64,000 nucleotides of DNA from an uncultured bacterium (GCA_963826535.1 CAWGXL010000010.1:170814-234813), one strand, 5' to 3'. Numbered from the stretch's first letter, positions 38,386 to 48,241 are shown. Numbers and translations: made by a program. Notes: generated by a model not told the origin, from the sequence alone.

Positions 38386-39378
38386 TTAATTTTTATTTAA
38401 TTTATATAATGTATCTATAACTTTCATTACCTTCAATGCGTCTCTAATTAAAGTAGGCGAGTAGTCTTTTTTTATAATTTTATCAATAAAAATTTTATTC
38501 TCTGTCTCCCACGATAAATCATTCTCTGGGAATACAAACTCTTCTGTATCAGGCGGCCCCATCTCTGGCTTCATTTTATAAAAAGTAAGTTTTTCACGGC
38601 CGTAACTCCCTCCCAATCCGTCTATTTGAATCTTCGCAGTTTTTAACATAATCTCAAAAGAAAAAATATTTTTCCATTCCACGCAACTAACACTCAAATG
38701 CGCTATTTGATTTTTTTTATTTTTCAATATAAAAAAAGCAGAATCTTCCAAATCGGATTTCCAAAAAAGCCTTTCGGTAAAGCCAATTATAGTATCCATT
38801 GTACCGCAAAAATAATTTGTAAGATCTATCAAATGCGGACCTTGATCCATAAGCTCTCCTCCACCCGAAATATTTTTTTTAAACCTCCACTCTCTCTCGT
38901 AACCCAACCTTCCTCCGTGCCCATAACGCGCCCTGATAAATAATAACTCCCCATATTTTTTTGAATCAACCAATTCTTTCGCTTTAATAAACGCCGGATG
39001 ATATCGGTGATTATATCCAAACATAACGACAACAGGACTCTTTTTATGAGCATTACTAATATTTTTCAATTCAGAAATACTTATTCCACCAGGTTTCTCA
39101 ACCAACACATGTTTACCATTGGTGACTGCCTCTGCCGCAATCGGAGCAAGCCAATTATTTGTAGTAGAAATGATGACCGCCCGGATCTTAGAATCAGTTA
39201 TAACTTTCCTCCAGTCAGACTCATAGGTGCACTTGAACTCTTTTGCAAATTGCAATCCTCGCGTAGTGTCTACATCGCATATTAAAGATAAATTTGAAGA
39301 TTTTGGGAGCACCTTTGCTCTTTTCCTGCCAATTAGTCCGGCTCCGATTATAGCGACATTAATATTCTTGACTGTCAT
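38386..39378 (-). CDS. Gfo/Idh/MocA family oxidoreductase
   Basis: NINVAIIGAGLIGRKRA N-terminal Rossmann fold. 330 aa. Confidence 0.75.
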   Translation of the reverse strand: MTVKNINVAIIGAGLIGRKRAKVLPKSSNLSLICDVDTTRGLQFAKEFKCTYESDWRKVITDSKIRAVIISTTNNWLAPIAAEAVTNGKHVLVEKPGGISISELKNISNAHKKSPVVVMFGYNHRYHPAFIKAKELVDSKKYGELLFIRARYGHGGRLGYEREWRFKKNISGGGELMDQGPHLIDLTNYFCGTMDTIIGFTERLFWKSDLEDSAFFILKNKKNQIAHLSVSCVEWKNIFSFEIMLKTAKIQIDGLGGSYGREKLTFYKMKPEMGPPDTEEFVFPENDLSWETENKIFIDKIIKKDYSPTLIRDALKVMKVIDTLYKLNKN

Positions 39379-39436
39379 TGCATGATAAACTATATTTCAA
39401 TTATAATAGAAAACATCATTTAACCCAATAAGGAAT

Positions 39437-40288
39437 ATGAATGTACTTACAGGCAAAACAGCATTAATTACCGGCGGAGCTCGTGGAATTGGAAAAGCAA
39501 TAGCAAGGCAATTTTTAGAAGATGGCGCTCTGGTATTGATTTGCTCAAGAAAAAAAGAAGAACTGGAAAAAACATGTAAAGAATTGGATCCATCGGGAAA
39601 AAAGTTATTTTATTTTGTAGCTGACATTTCCGTATACAACGACTGCGAAAACCTTTTTAATTACTCTCTAAAAATATTCAAAAAACTGGATATTTTAGTA
39701 AACAATGCGGGAGTCTACGGGCCAATTGGTCTACTCGTTGAAAACTCGCCGTCTGAATGGGTAAAAACAATTCACATAAACTTACTTGGTGCAGTTTATT
39801 GTACGAAACTAGCTCTTCCACAAATGAAGAAACAAAAAAAAGGCAAAATCATCAATCTCGCGGGAGCCGGCGTTGGGGGACAAAATCCTCTAAGTAGGTT
39901 TTCAGCATATTACACGTCCAAAGCCGGAATCGCAGCATTTACAGAAGTTATTGCCTCAGAAGTTAGTGAAGATAATATTCAAGTTAATTGTATTTCTCCC
40001 GGTGCAATAAACACTTATTTTATAGATTACCTTCTTTCTCAAGATCCAAAAAATGCAGGCCCAATGTATAAACAAGCGCTTGTTACAAAACGGACAGGCG
40101 GAGATTCTCCCGGCTCTGCAACCAAATTAGTCTCCTTCTTAGCCTCAGACGTAAGTAAAAACGTAACAGGAAAAATTTTGAGTGCAAAATGGGATAAAAT
40201 TGAATTATTAAAAAAATTAAATAAAAAAAACAAGAACTTGTTTACATTAAGAAGAATAGATGAGGAGCTTTTCAGTGAAAAAAAATAA
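39437..40288 (+). CDS. SDR family oxidoreductase
   Basis: TGGARGIGKAIA, NNAG and a YTSKAGI (YxxxK) motif. Confidence 0.8.
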   Translation: MNVLTGKTALITGGARGIGKAIARQFLEDGALVLICSRKKEELEKTCKELDPSGKKLFYFVADISVYNDCENLFNYSLKIFKKLDILVNNAGVYGPIGLLVENSPSEWVKTIHINLLGAVYCTKLALPQMKKQKKGKIINLAGAGVGGQNPLSRFSAYYTSKAGIAAFTEVIASEVSEDNIQVNCISPGAINTYFIDYLLSQDPKNAGPMYKQALVTKRTGGDSPGSATKLVSFLASDVSKNVTGKILSAKWDKIELLKKLNKKNKNLFTLRRIDEELFSEKK

Positions 40289-41567
40289 TAAAGTCGGAGT
40301 TCTCGGTCTTTGGCATTTAGGTACAGTTTATTCTGCTTGTCTTGCAAAACTTGGATTTAGTGTTACAGGTTGGGATATTGATCTGGAAATAATTAATAAT
40401 CTCAAAAAGGGTTTGCCGCCCATAGAGGAACCCCGGCTCAAGGAAACCATAAATGAATTTCTGAATAGAAAACTTGATTTTGTAAGTAAACCAAAGGAAG
40501 CAATTAGTAACAAAAAATACTTATTTATCACTTTTGACGTACCGGTTGACAATAACGATAAAATAAATTTAACCATCATTGATAAAACTTTCAGTTTAAT
40601 CAGTAAATATATCTCGCCCCAAACCACTATAGTTATTTCCAGTCAATTACCTCTAGGATATTCAAGAAAGGGACTAGAATTAATCAAAAAAAAAGAACCT
40701 ACAATTAATGTAATTTATTTACCTGAAAATTTAAGATTAGGGACGGCATTTGAAAGTTTCCTAAAACCGGACAGAATAATAATTGGTTCGAGCGATAAAA
40801 AAATACTAGACATGTTTGAAAAAGATTTCGATTCTCTTAAGTGCCCTTTTATAAAGATCGGCCTGGAAAGCGCTGAAATGGTAAAACATTCACTAAATAG
40901 TTACCTGGCAATGATGATAAGCTTTAGTAGCGAAATAGGGGATCTATGTGAATTATTAGGCGCCAATATGGAAGAAGTAGTAACCGCTCTTAAAACAGAA
41001 AGAAGAATTAGCCCTTATGCACCGCTCAATCCAGGATTAGGTTTTGCTGGTGGCACATTAGGAAGAGATATTCAAACGTTGAGAAGATTAGGCAAAAAAA
41101 AAGGTTACAATTCATTATTGTTAGACTCGATTTATAAAGTAAATCAAAATCGCCTGCCCAACTTAGTAAAAAAAATAAAAACAACCCTCGTTTCTTTAAA
41201 AGAAAAAAAGATTGGTATACTTGGTCTGACCTACAAGCCCAACACGAATACACTTAGGAGATCAATGTCTTTAGAGCTCGCAAATATGTTAAGAATAGAA
41301 GGAGCATTAATTACAGCCTATGACCCCATGATAAAAGAACAGATAGAGAAATTTCATTTTATAAAAATCAAAAAAACAGAGAGTGATTTCTTTAAAGGCC
41401 TTGATCTAATTGTACTTATGACAGAATGGGCGGAATTTAAAAAAATAAATTGGAATGATAATTCCAAATTAATGAAGAATAGATTTATAATTGACACAAA
41501 AAACTTTATTGACACAAAAATACTTGACAAAAATAAAATTAAATATAGCCGGATAGGAATTTCGTAA
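40260..41567 (+). CDS. nucleotide-sugar 6-dehydrogenase (UDP-glucose/GDP-mannose dehydrogenase family)
   Basis: N-terminal KVGVLGLWHLGTVYSACLA Rossmann fold and a C-terminal GLTYKPNTNTLRRS motif. The start codon is ambiguous (40260 ATG or 40275 GTG). Confidence 0.8.
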   Translation: MRSFSVKKNNKVGVLGLWHLGTVYSACLAKLGFSVTGWDIDLEIINNLKKGLPPIEEPRLKETINEFLNRKLDFVSKPKEAISNKKYLFITFDVPVDNNDKINLTIIDKTFSLISKYISPQTTIVISSQLPLGYSRKGLELIKKKEPTINVIYLPENLRLGTAFESFLKPDRIIIGSSDKKILDMFEKDFDSLKCPFIKIGLESAEMVKHSLNSYLAMMISFSSEIGDLCELLGANMEEVVTALKTERRISPYAPLNPGLGFAGGTLGRDIQTLRRLGKKKGYNSLLLDSIYKVNQNRLPNLVKKIKTTLVSLKEKKIGILGLTYKPNTNTLRRSMSLELANMLRIEGALITAYDPMIKEQIEKFHFIKIKKTESDFFKGLDLIVLMTEWAEFKKINWNDNSKLMKNRFIIDTKNFIDTKILDKNKIKYSRIGIS

Positions 41568-41584
41568 AGAAGTGTAAACGGGTT

Positions 41585-42505
41585 TTATTGCTTTAACTTG
41601 GCCGTTCCATTTAATCTCCGGGAACGGGTAGTAAGATTCATTTCAGCATTTGCTGGCTTGGCCTCTCCGTTACTTGCATGCATCTCTTTCCATGCGTCAT
41701 CAAACTGCTTGATTGTCTCAACAGTTCTTTGGCTAAACAACATTGAGGTGAGTATTTCCGGTGTAGTAGTACAAATATGTCCTCCTGCTGCGAAAGCTTC
41801 ACCTACCATCGAAGCAGTTCGAATACTGCCAACGATAATCCGTAAATTATCATATCCGCCTTCCTTCAAAAATGTAGCCACAGAACTGACAATTAATTGC
41901 GGTTGTCCATTAATTTCCGATTCAAGACCAACCCGCGGATGGTTTGCCATAAAATCAAATCTGCTGCGATAATTTGCGCTGTCCTCAATAGACCTACCCC
42001 AAAACAAACTTAAAAATGAAGTCTTTAAATTATACCGTGCTGACAATGCCGCGAGAATCATCTGCTCAAAAGTCATAATAGTCGTTACATTAACAGCTAT
42101 ATCAAGCTTAACCAATTCTCTAATAACAAACAGACTTTTTGTAGTGTCGGGAATAAGTGGCACCTTTACAACTACATTCTCAGCAAGATCCGCATATCGT
42201 CTCGCTTCATCCAGCATCTCATCAGGGGTTGCTGTACTGTCCGACAACTCAACAGAAACAGGTTTGTCTTTCATTTCAGCACAAATATCCTTCACTACTT
42301 TGATGAAATTTTTAGGCTTTACACCCTCCTTTAACATGATCGCTTGATTTGAAGTAACCCCATCAATTGCTCCGGTAGCATTCCATTTCTGGATCTCTTC
42401 AATATTTGAAGAATCTATGAAGAGTGATCTGTTAAAATTATAAGATAATCCTTTTTGAAGAGAAAGTTCACCATTGGTAATGTGCAGAATACCGGATGTT
42501 TTCAT
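41585..42505 (-). CDS. transaldolase / fructose-6-phosphate aldolase family protein
   Basis: FIDSSNIEEIQKW...GAIDGVTSNQAIM resembles the transaldolase motifs (DTA..GVTTNP). It has a ~80-aa C-terminal extension. Confidence 0.55.
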   Translation of the reverse strand: MKTSGILHITNGELSLQKGLSYNFNRSLFIDSSNIEEIQKWNATGAIDGVTSNQAIMLKEGVKPKNFIKVVKDICAEMKDKPVSVELSDSTATPDEMLDEARRYADLAENVVVKVPLIPDTTKSLFVIRELVKLDIAVNVTTIMTFEQMILAALSARYNLKTSFLSLFWGRSIEDSANYRSRFDFMANHPRVGLESEINGQPQLIVSSVATFLKEGGYDNLRIIVGSIRTASMVGEAFAAGGHICTTTPEILTSMLFSQRTVETIKQFDDAWKEMHASNGEAKPANAEMNLTTRSRRLNGTAKLKQ

Positions 42506-42562
42506 GTGGGCTTACCTATATGTATACAGAATTTCCGCAGAAATTGCAAGTAGTATTTCTTT

Positions 42563-43282
42563 TTATGTGCGTAATGCAGGATGATAGACCATTAGATGCC
42601 AAAGCAATCCTTGAAAACTTTCAGCATATGGCGTAATTGTTTCTTCGGAAATCACAGGAACCAAAATGGAAACATCCGCAACTTTTCTCGTATACCCTCC
42701 ATTCCGGCTGACAATTCCCAAAACCATTGACCCAACACTTTTAGCATATTCAACAGCCCGGACAATATTTGTACTAACCTTTTTCTCCAAATTACCTCCA
42801 CCGACCGATAAAACCATTACTGCATCTTTCTTCGACAATTTCGATCCGGTTAACCATAGAGCAAACGCAGTATCCCATCCGTCATCATTTATACGCGCGG
42901 TTAACTCAGATACATTATCTACCACAGTATATGATTCTATGTGGGCGATTTTACGGAAATCATTTACAGCATGGGAACAATTTGCCGCACTTCCGCCCAC
43001 TCCCAATAAAAATAGTCTTCCTCCTCTCTTTTTAAGTAGAGCAAGACTATTAATTGTATTTTGAATTTCTTCATGAGAAAGTTTATCAATTACTTTCCTC
43101 GCTCCCTCCAAATAATTCGAAATGAAATATTGCTTAACTTGTCCGTCGCGAAATCCCTGATTTTCTTCTCGAAGTTTTATTACCTCAGACCTTAACACAT
43201 CTATCTGGCGACGTAACGAGCTACTTGATTCTTTAACAGGTGATTGAAGATTATTTCTGATGTTATTCATATCCCTTTTCAT
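42563..43282 (-). CDS. gmhA: phosphoheptose isomerase (SIS domain)
   Basis: RLFLLGVGGSAANCSHAVNDF matches the GmhA GNGGSAAD..HFA.E motif. It has a ~40-aa N-terminal extension. Confidence 0.7.
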   Translation of the reverse strand: MKRDMNNIRNNLQSPVKESSSSLRRQIDVLRSEVIKLREENQGFRDGQVKQYFISNYLEGARKVIDKLSHEEIQNTINSLALLKKRGGRLFLLGVGGSAANCSHAVNDFRKIAHIESYTVVDNVSELTARINDDGWDTAFALWLTGSKLSKKDAVMVLSVGGGNLEKKVSTNIVRAVEYAKSVGSMVLGIVSRNGGYTRKVADVSILVPVISEETITPYAESFQGLLWHLMVYHPALRT

Positions 43283-43310
43283 TTATCAAAAAATTATAGA
43301 AATAGATTAG

Positions 43311-43339
43311 TTGATTTTTGTTTATTTTGCAAGTATCAT
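43311..43339 (+). promoter_or_regulatory. conserved promoter TTGATT-N17-TATCAT (copy 2), near-leaderless for gmhB
   Basis: Same 45-nt motif as 28481-28525. The ATG at 43359 lies ~12 nt after the predicted TSS with no SD. Confidence 0.45.
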
Positions 43340-43358
43340 TATGCAGTAAGTTTTATAT

Positions 43359-43949
43359 ATGACAAAAGCAGCATTTTATGATCGTGACGGAATTATTATA
43401 AAAATGGTATATGATTTGGAAAACGGGCTTATTGAAACGGCAAGCGCCATAGATCAGATTACATTCGTTCCCGGAATAATTAACCTCCTCAAGCATACGG
43501 CCAGCTTGGGATATAAAAATATAATAATCTCAAATCAAGCCGGTATCGGCATAAAAAAAATAAGCGAAGAGAAGTTTAATTCAATTAGTGATGAAATGCT
43601 GGAGAGATTAAGAAAACAAGGTGCAATAATAGACGCGCAGTATTATTGTTTCCACCATCCCTACGCAACAATAGAGAAATACAAAAAAAAATGCGACTGC
43701 CGCAAACCCAAACCTGGTTTACTTCATCAAGCCGCAAAAGAGCACGAAATAGATCTTAAAAAATCCTGGATGATCGGCGACAGTGTCAATGATGTACTAG
43801 CAGGTGAAAAAGCCGGATGTAAAACAATTCTTCTGGCAAATCTTTATGAATCCGAGTATCTCCATATTTTGGAAGAGAAACTTCAAGGAACAAAACCCGA
43901 TTATTTGATAAAGAAATTAAAAGATGCCATTAGCATAATCAAAAATTAA
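43359..43949 (+). CDS. gmhB: D,D-heptose 1,7-bisphosphate phosphatase (HAD-IIIA)
   Basis: DRDGII motif I, the CDCRKPKPG zinc/loop motif and GDSVNDVLAGEKAG motif IV. Confidence 0.85.
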   Translation: MTKAAFYDRDGIIIKMVYDLENGLIETASAIDQITFVPGIINLLKHTASLGYKNIIISNQAGIGIKKISEEKFNSISDEMLERLRKQGAIIDAQYYCFHHPYATIEKYKKKCDCRKPKPGLLHQAAKEHEIDLKKSWMIGDSVNDVLAGEKAGCKTILLANLYESEYLHILEEKLQGTKPDYLIKKLKDAISIIKN

Positions 43950-43953
43950 CTCT

Positions 43954-44715
43954 ATGAAAGCCATCATTATCGCCGGAGGCAAAGGAGAACGACTTCGTCC
44001 TCTCACAGACACTCTCCCCAAGCCAATGATTGAAGTAGCTGGCAAACCAATTATCGAACACATAATTAACTTACTCAAAAAAAACGGAATAACCGATTTT
44101 ATTTTTTCTCTCTGTTATTTACCCATTAAATTTAAAAACTATTTTGGAAATGGCAAACGATTTGGAATTAATATTCAATACATATACGAAAATGAAGCCT
44201 CCCCCCTTGGTACTGCCGGAAATTTGTCATTAGCCCGCGATTTAATTGACTCAACATTTATTGTTACTTATGCTGATATTTTACGGGATCTAAATATCGC
44301 TGATATGATCAAATTTCATAAAAACAAAAAAGCATTTGCCACACTTAATATTTATAAACGTTTTGGTGAAAATCCCAAAAGCAGTGTGTTGTTTGATAAA
44401 AATAATAAGATTACAAATTTCCTCGAACGACCAAAACCAAATGAACTTAATAATAACTTCGTCTGGGCAAACGGCTCATTCTACATTTTCGAACCTGCTA
44501 TATTTAATTTTATTCCGCATAACAAATTTACAGATTTCGGCAAAGACGTTTTCCCCAAACTCCTTAAAGACGGAAAAAATCTCTACGCCTATCCTTCAGA
44601 TAGTTTTTTTGTTGACATTGGCAATCATGAAAAGCTTGCCCAAGCTTCTGAAATGCTAAAATCTAAGAAGACAACTTTGGAGAAAGAAACGCCAACCAAA
44701 CCCCGGCTCCAATGA
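43954..44715 (+). CDS. hddC: D-glycero-alpha-D-manno-heptose 1-phosphate guanylyltransferase (sugar-1-P nucleotidyltransferase)
   Basis: MKAIIIAGGKGERLRPLTDTLPKPM nucleotidyltransferase signature. 253 aa. It is located with gmhA/gmhB/hddA. Confidence 0.65.
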   Translation: MKAIIIAGGKGERLRPLTDTLPKPMIEVAGKPIIEHIINLLKKNGITDFIFSLCYLPIKFKNYFGNGKRFGINIQYIYENEASPLGTAGNLSLARDLIDSTFIVTYADILRDLNIADMIKFHKNKKAFATLNIYKRFGENPKSSVLFDKNNKITNFLERPKPNELNNNFVWANGSFYIFEPAIFNFIPHNKFTDFGKDVFPKLLKDGKNLYAYPSDSFFVDIGNHEKLAQASEMLKSKKTTLEKETPTKPRLQ

Positions 44716-45541
44716 TCAACACCCCGCCAATTATAACTTGCATTGATGGAGTTTCATTTAATAATATTATTCCGTACAGTATAGCTATCACCGGCTCACT
44801 CTTACCAAGTATTGAGGCATGAAGTGCTCGTGTTTGTATCAGGCCAGAAATATGAATAGCTGAAGCGATAACCGCAAAGATAATGCCAAATATTATAAGA
44901 GGAACAAAGTCTTGATTAGTAACATTGAATCCGCCAAATAAAAACATAAAAGGAAACATCATAATAACACTAAATGTATATCGCCAAAAACTTATAGTAC
45001 TTATCGTTAAACCTCTCTGGCTGGTAAGTCTAAAAAAAATAATTATAAGAGCATAAAAGAGAGCAGATGCAAGACCCAAAGTTATTCCCAGCAAATCCTG
45101 CCCGCTCTGCAAACTAATACCATTCCAATAAATGATTACTAGTCCCAAAATCGACACAACTAAAGCAGTCCATTCATATTTATTAGTTTTTTCTTTCAGA
45201 AAATATGGAGCTAGGAAAATAAGAAAAATCGAAACCATCTGATGCGGCAATGCCGTATTGGCAATAGAAGTCAAGCGGAAAGCCTGAAAATACATAAGAT
45301 CATTTGCAACAGCAAAAATCGCGAGCCCAAGAAGAAAAAGCAAATCCTTTCTATTTACCCACAACAAATTTCGTTTCAATGCAATCAGAAAAAATGAGAT
45401 AGCACCAACTAATTGGAAAAAGAAGAGAAATGAAATAGTAGGGATTGCAGGAAAAGCCCTGAGAAAAAGTGCGTAACTCCCAAAAATTAGCATCGCTATA
45501 AGAATAAGAGAGTCACCCTTTGCTTCCTTTGACAACTTCAT
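44663..45541 (-). CDS. EamA/DMT superfamily transporter
   Basis: 292 aa, ten TM, with duplicated EamA-like halves. Confidence 0.55.
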   Translation of the reverse strand: MKLSKEAKGDSLILIAMLIFGSYALFLRAFPAIPTISFLFFFQLVGAISFFLIALKRNLLWVNRKDLLFLLGLAIFAVANDLMYFQAFRLTSIANTALPHQMVSIFLIFLAPYFLKEKTNKYEWTALVVSILGLVIIYWNGISLQSGQDLLGITLGLASALFYALIIIFFRLTSQRGLTISTISFWRYTFSVIMMFPFMFLFGGFNVTNQDFVPLIIFGIIFAVIASAIHISGLIQTRALHASILGKSEPVIAILYGIILLNETPSMQVIIGGVLIIGAGVWLAFLSPKLSS

Positions 45542-45558
45542 ATAAGCCTTGATAATTA

Positions 45559-46536
45559 CTAACTTAAATTAATAAGCACCTTACTCCCTTCCCAATCAAA
45601 ACTAACATTTCTTTCTTCCAGCCCAATACTATTCATTCTTTGACGAAATTTGTTTTTATTTTTATTCACATAAAACACAAACCAGCCCCCGCCGCCTGCG
45701 CCCATAATCTTCCCTCCAAGGGCTCCTGCCTTCATCCCTTCTTTATACCATTCATCTATCTTCGAATTTGTAGAACTTGATTGACGGGTTTTTATTAACC
45801 AATGCGCGTGGAGTGTTGCGCCATATTCGTCAACTTTTCCCGATAGTAGATATTTTTTAGCAAGTTGCCCTAATTCTTTAATATCATCATACATATTAAT
45901 AAACTTTTTTGAATTTTCATCTTTTTTCATAACCGACTTTTTTCCCTCTCCATGTATTTTTGCCGTCTCATGCTGCATTCCGGTTCTGAAAAATAAAAAA
46001 TTACTTTCGAGTTGCGTTATAGTATCAACCGATAAACGCAGGGGAGTGACTGTAACTCGTCCTTTTTTATCAAGTTCAAAATAATTTATTCCTCCAAATG
46101 CCGTTATATACTGATCCTGCGGCCCGACAGGTTTTTGCAAACGATCAATCTCAATTTCGCAAGCCTCTTTTGCCAATTGAAGTGCTGACACCGGCTCTTT
46201 TTTATAAGCATGAAGGGCATGAAGCAGACCGACTTCAAAAGCTCCTGACCCCCCAATCCCTGATTTGCTCGTTGCCTCCGACATAGTTGAAATCTCAATC
46301 CCTTTTTTGACACCAGTCAAATCCAGACATTCTCTTACAATTGGATTTTGTAATTTTTTATAATCATTGGTTACTGTAATTGTTTCGCCATCGGAAATTT
46401 TTAACAGTTTAGGTTCCTCGAATTTACAAAGTGTTATAAAAATATATTTATCAATTGCAGCACTGATCCATGCCCCGCCTCTTAACTTCGCATACCAAAG
46501 AAGATCTGTCCCGCCTCCTGCCAGAGTAATTCTCAT
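45559..46536 (-). CDS. hddA: D-glycero-alpha-D-manno-heptose 7-phosphate kinase (GHMP kinase)
   Basis: MRITLAGGGTDL N-terminus and a GGSGAFEVGLLHAL GHMP motif. The start is taken at the internal Met (46536), because the 45-aa upstream extension has no homology. Confidence 0.7.
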   Translation of the reverse strand: MRITLAGGGTDLLWYAKLRGGAWISAAIDKYIFITLCKFEEPKLLKISDGETITVTNDYKKLQNPIVRECLDLTGVKKGIEISTMSEATSKSGIGGSGAFEVGLLHALHAYKKEPVSALQLAKEACEIEIDRLQKPVGPQDQYITAFGGINYFELDKKGRVTVTPLRLSVDTITQLESNFLFFRTGMQHETAKIHGEGKKSVMKKDENSKKFINMYDDIKELGQLAKKYLLSGKVDEYGATLHAHWLIKTRQSSSTNSKIDEWYKEGMKAGALGGKIMGAGGGGWFVFYVNKNKNKFRQRMNSIGLEERNVSFDWEGSKVLINLS

Positions 46537-46594
46537 TGGAGTTTTAGTAATAATCACAAAAATTATTCTAGCACAATACATTCCTTTACAAAAG

Positions 46595-46616
46595 CCGATT
46601 TGTATCGTAAAATCGG
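46595..46616. promoter_or_regulatory. inverted repeat CCGATTT-N8-AAATCGG in divergent intergenic region (candidate operator)
   Basis: Perfect 7-bp arms. It lies between hddA (-) and the HD-domain gene (+), just upstream of the likely ATG at 46627. Confidence 0.3.
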
Positions 46617-46626
46617 TTTTATTCAT

Positions 46627-47469
46627 ATGCCACGAGAAACATTTGTAGCTATTCGAAATCTTATAGCTCAATCTGAACCCATACCACCTGACCTGGCAGC
46701 AAAAGATGAGTTAAACAAACAGAAAGCAAAAACCTTTGATAGAATTGCCCAAGCTAACATGGGAGCTATGCGTATATTAAAGGAAGGTGGGGTTTTAGGC
46801 GGTGGGCCATTTGGTAAAGAAGCTAAAGAAACAGGATGGAGAAATGTTGGCGAACACAATGGCGCAGCATTATTTGTGTCACGTCCAATCGGAGAGCTTT
46901 GTGGTCTACCGCGAGGTGAGCAAAGAGAGCTTGAACATGCTGCTGGTATGCATGATTATGATAAACGGATACAACTAGAAGAGAGCAAGTTGGGGAAAAG
47001 AAGAACTTCTGAAGGTATAATGATCATAGAATATGATGCAAGTAAAGTAGCTCAAGATGAAGTTGATAATACAGGATTAGTCGGAGTAACAAAGGGCGAT
47101 TTAAGAGGACACGAAAAGTGGGGATACCAACAAATGGCTCTACGTTATACAGACTCAATTCTTGTCCCAATACCTAAAACTGCTCATACTGATATAGTTC
47201 ACTGGAGAGACAGAATTAATGAATTAAGAAAAAGACATCCCGATGCTGATAAAGAACAAGGTAGATTATACGGCGAGGGAGTACGATTCTATGACGTACT
47301 CGAGCGGATTATGGAAGAAATTGAACCTAAACTGTATGAAAGAGCAATTCTGGTCCGCCCTGAATTAAGAAAAAAATATCCAAGATCAGATATGTATTTT
47401 CAAATAGTTAAAGATCGAATTATGGCAAATATAAAAAACACGCCGTTAAAAACTCAAAAAGCTTCTTAG
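46627..47469 (+). CDS. HD-domain metal-dependent phosphohydrolase
   Basis: H...HD motif (NVGEHNGAALF ... EHAAGMHDYDK). ~42% GC versus ~31% in the surroundings. The start at ATG 46627 is preferred over the TTG at 46600. Confidence 0.55.
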   Translation: MPRETFVAIRNLIAQSEPIPPDLAAKDELNKQKAKTFDRIAQANMGAMRILKEGGVLGGGPFGKEAKETGWRNVGEHNGAALFVSRPIGELCGLPRGEQRELEHAAGMHDYDKRIQLEESKLGKRRTSEGIMIIEYDASKVAQDEVDNTGLVGVTKGDLRGHEKWGYQQMALRYTDSILVPIPKTAHTDIVHWRDRINELRKRHPDADKEQGRLYGEGVRFYDVLERIMEEIEPKLYERAILVRPELRKKYPRSDMYFQIVKDRIMANIKNTPLKTQKAS

Positions 47470-47473
47470 AGTT

Positions 47474-48241
47474 TTAGGCCTTGATATACCCGGATAAATT
47501 TCTCAGTCGCTCAATTATTATTTGTAGTAAATTTCTTAAAAGTTTTTTCCTATCCCAATTTTTCCAGATTACTAAAAACCAATTTTTTAAGTCCTGCTTC
47601 TGCTTAAACTTACCCATTCGAGAAGAAGTTGCATTTTTCTTATGCATTACCTCAATATTCCTATCAACCCCAAAACTATACCCTTTCCTTTTCATTCGCA
47701 GAAACAAATCAACATCCTCGAGATATGCAAAAAACCGCGCGTCAAAACCGCCCATTGCATCAAAATCTTTTTTTCTAATCAGCAAACAAGCTGCAGTAAG
47801 ACCGTCAAGCGTACGCTGATCAAACTTAGCCATATCAAAATTCAATTCTACCCGCCCGATCGGCAAAACCCGATAGCCGATATTTTCAATGTTCCCTTTG
47901 TTGTCTCTCAAAACAGGACTCACTGCGCTATAGTTATTTTTTTCCGCAAATTTAAGAAGTTGATCAATATATTTAGTATGTTTAATAACTACATCATCAT
48001 TAAGAATAAGCAGCCATTCAGTTTTCGCCTCTTTAGCCCCAATATTAATAGCTCTCGCAAATCCGGTGTTTTTCTTTTGCGGAAAATAATTTACATTCTC
48101 AACATTACAAAGCTCACGCTTTTCTTTAGTTGATTGATTATCGATTACCATGATAGGTATATCTGTCAATTTAAGTTTATATATTAATTTCGAGAAACCC
48201 TCAGTGTTTGTAAATGTTGGGATAATAATAGTAATACTCAT
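47474..48241 (-). CDS. GT2 family glycosyltransferase
   Basis: ITIIIPTFTN..MVIDNQST..LNDDVV..YLEDVDLFLR motifs. Confidence 0.8.
   Translation of the reverse strand: MSITIIIPTFTNTEGFSKLIYKLKLTDIPIMVIDNQSTKEKRELCNVENVNYFPQKKNTGFARAINIGAKEAKTEWLLILNDDVVIKHTKYIDQLLKFAEKNNYSAVSPVLRDNKGNIENIGYRVLPIGRVELNFDMAKFDQRTLDGLTAACLLIRKKDFDAMGGFDARFFAYLEDVDLFLRMKRKGYSFGVDRNIEVMHKKNATSSRMGKFKQKQDLKNWFLVIWKNWDRKKLLRNLLQIIIERLRNLSGYIKA

Noticed and set aside
46537-46671. 45-aa N-terminal extension of the GHMP kinase and the TTG start (46600) of the HD gene
   Set aside because: The extension has no similarity to GHMP kinases. The conserved N-terminus starts at the internal Met. An inverted repeat and the divergent-promoter region occupy this interval.
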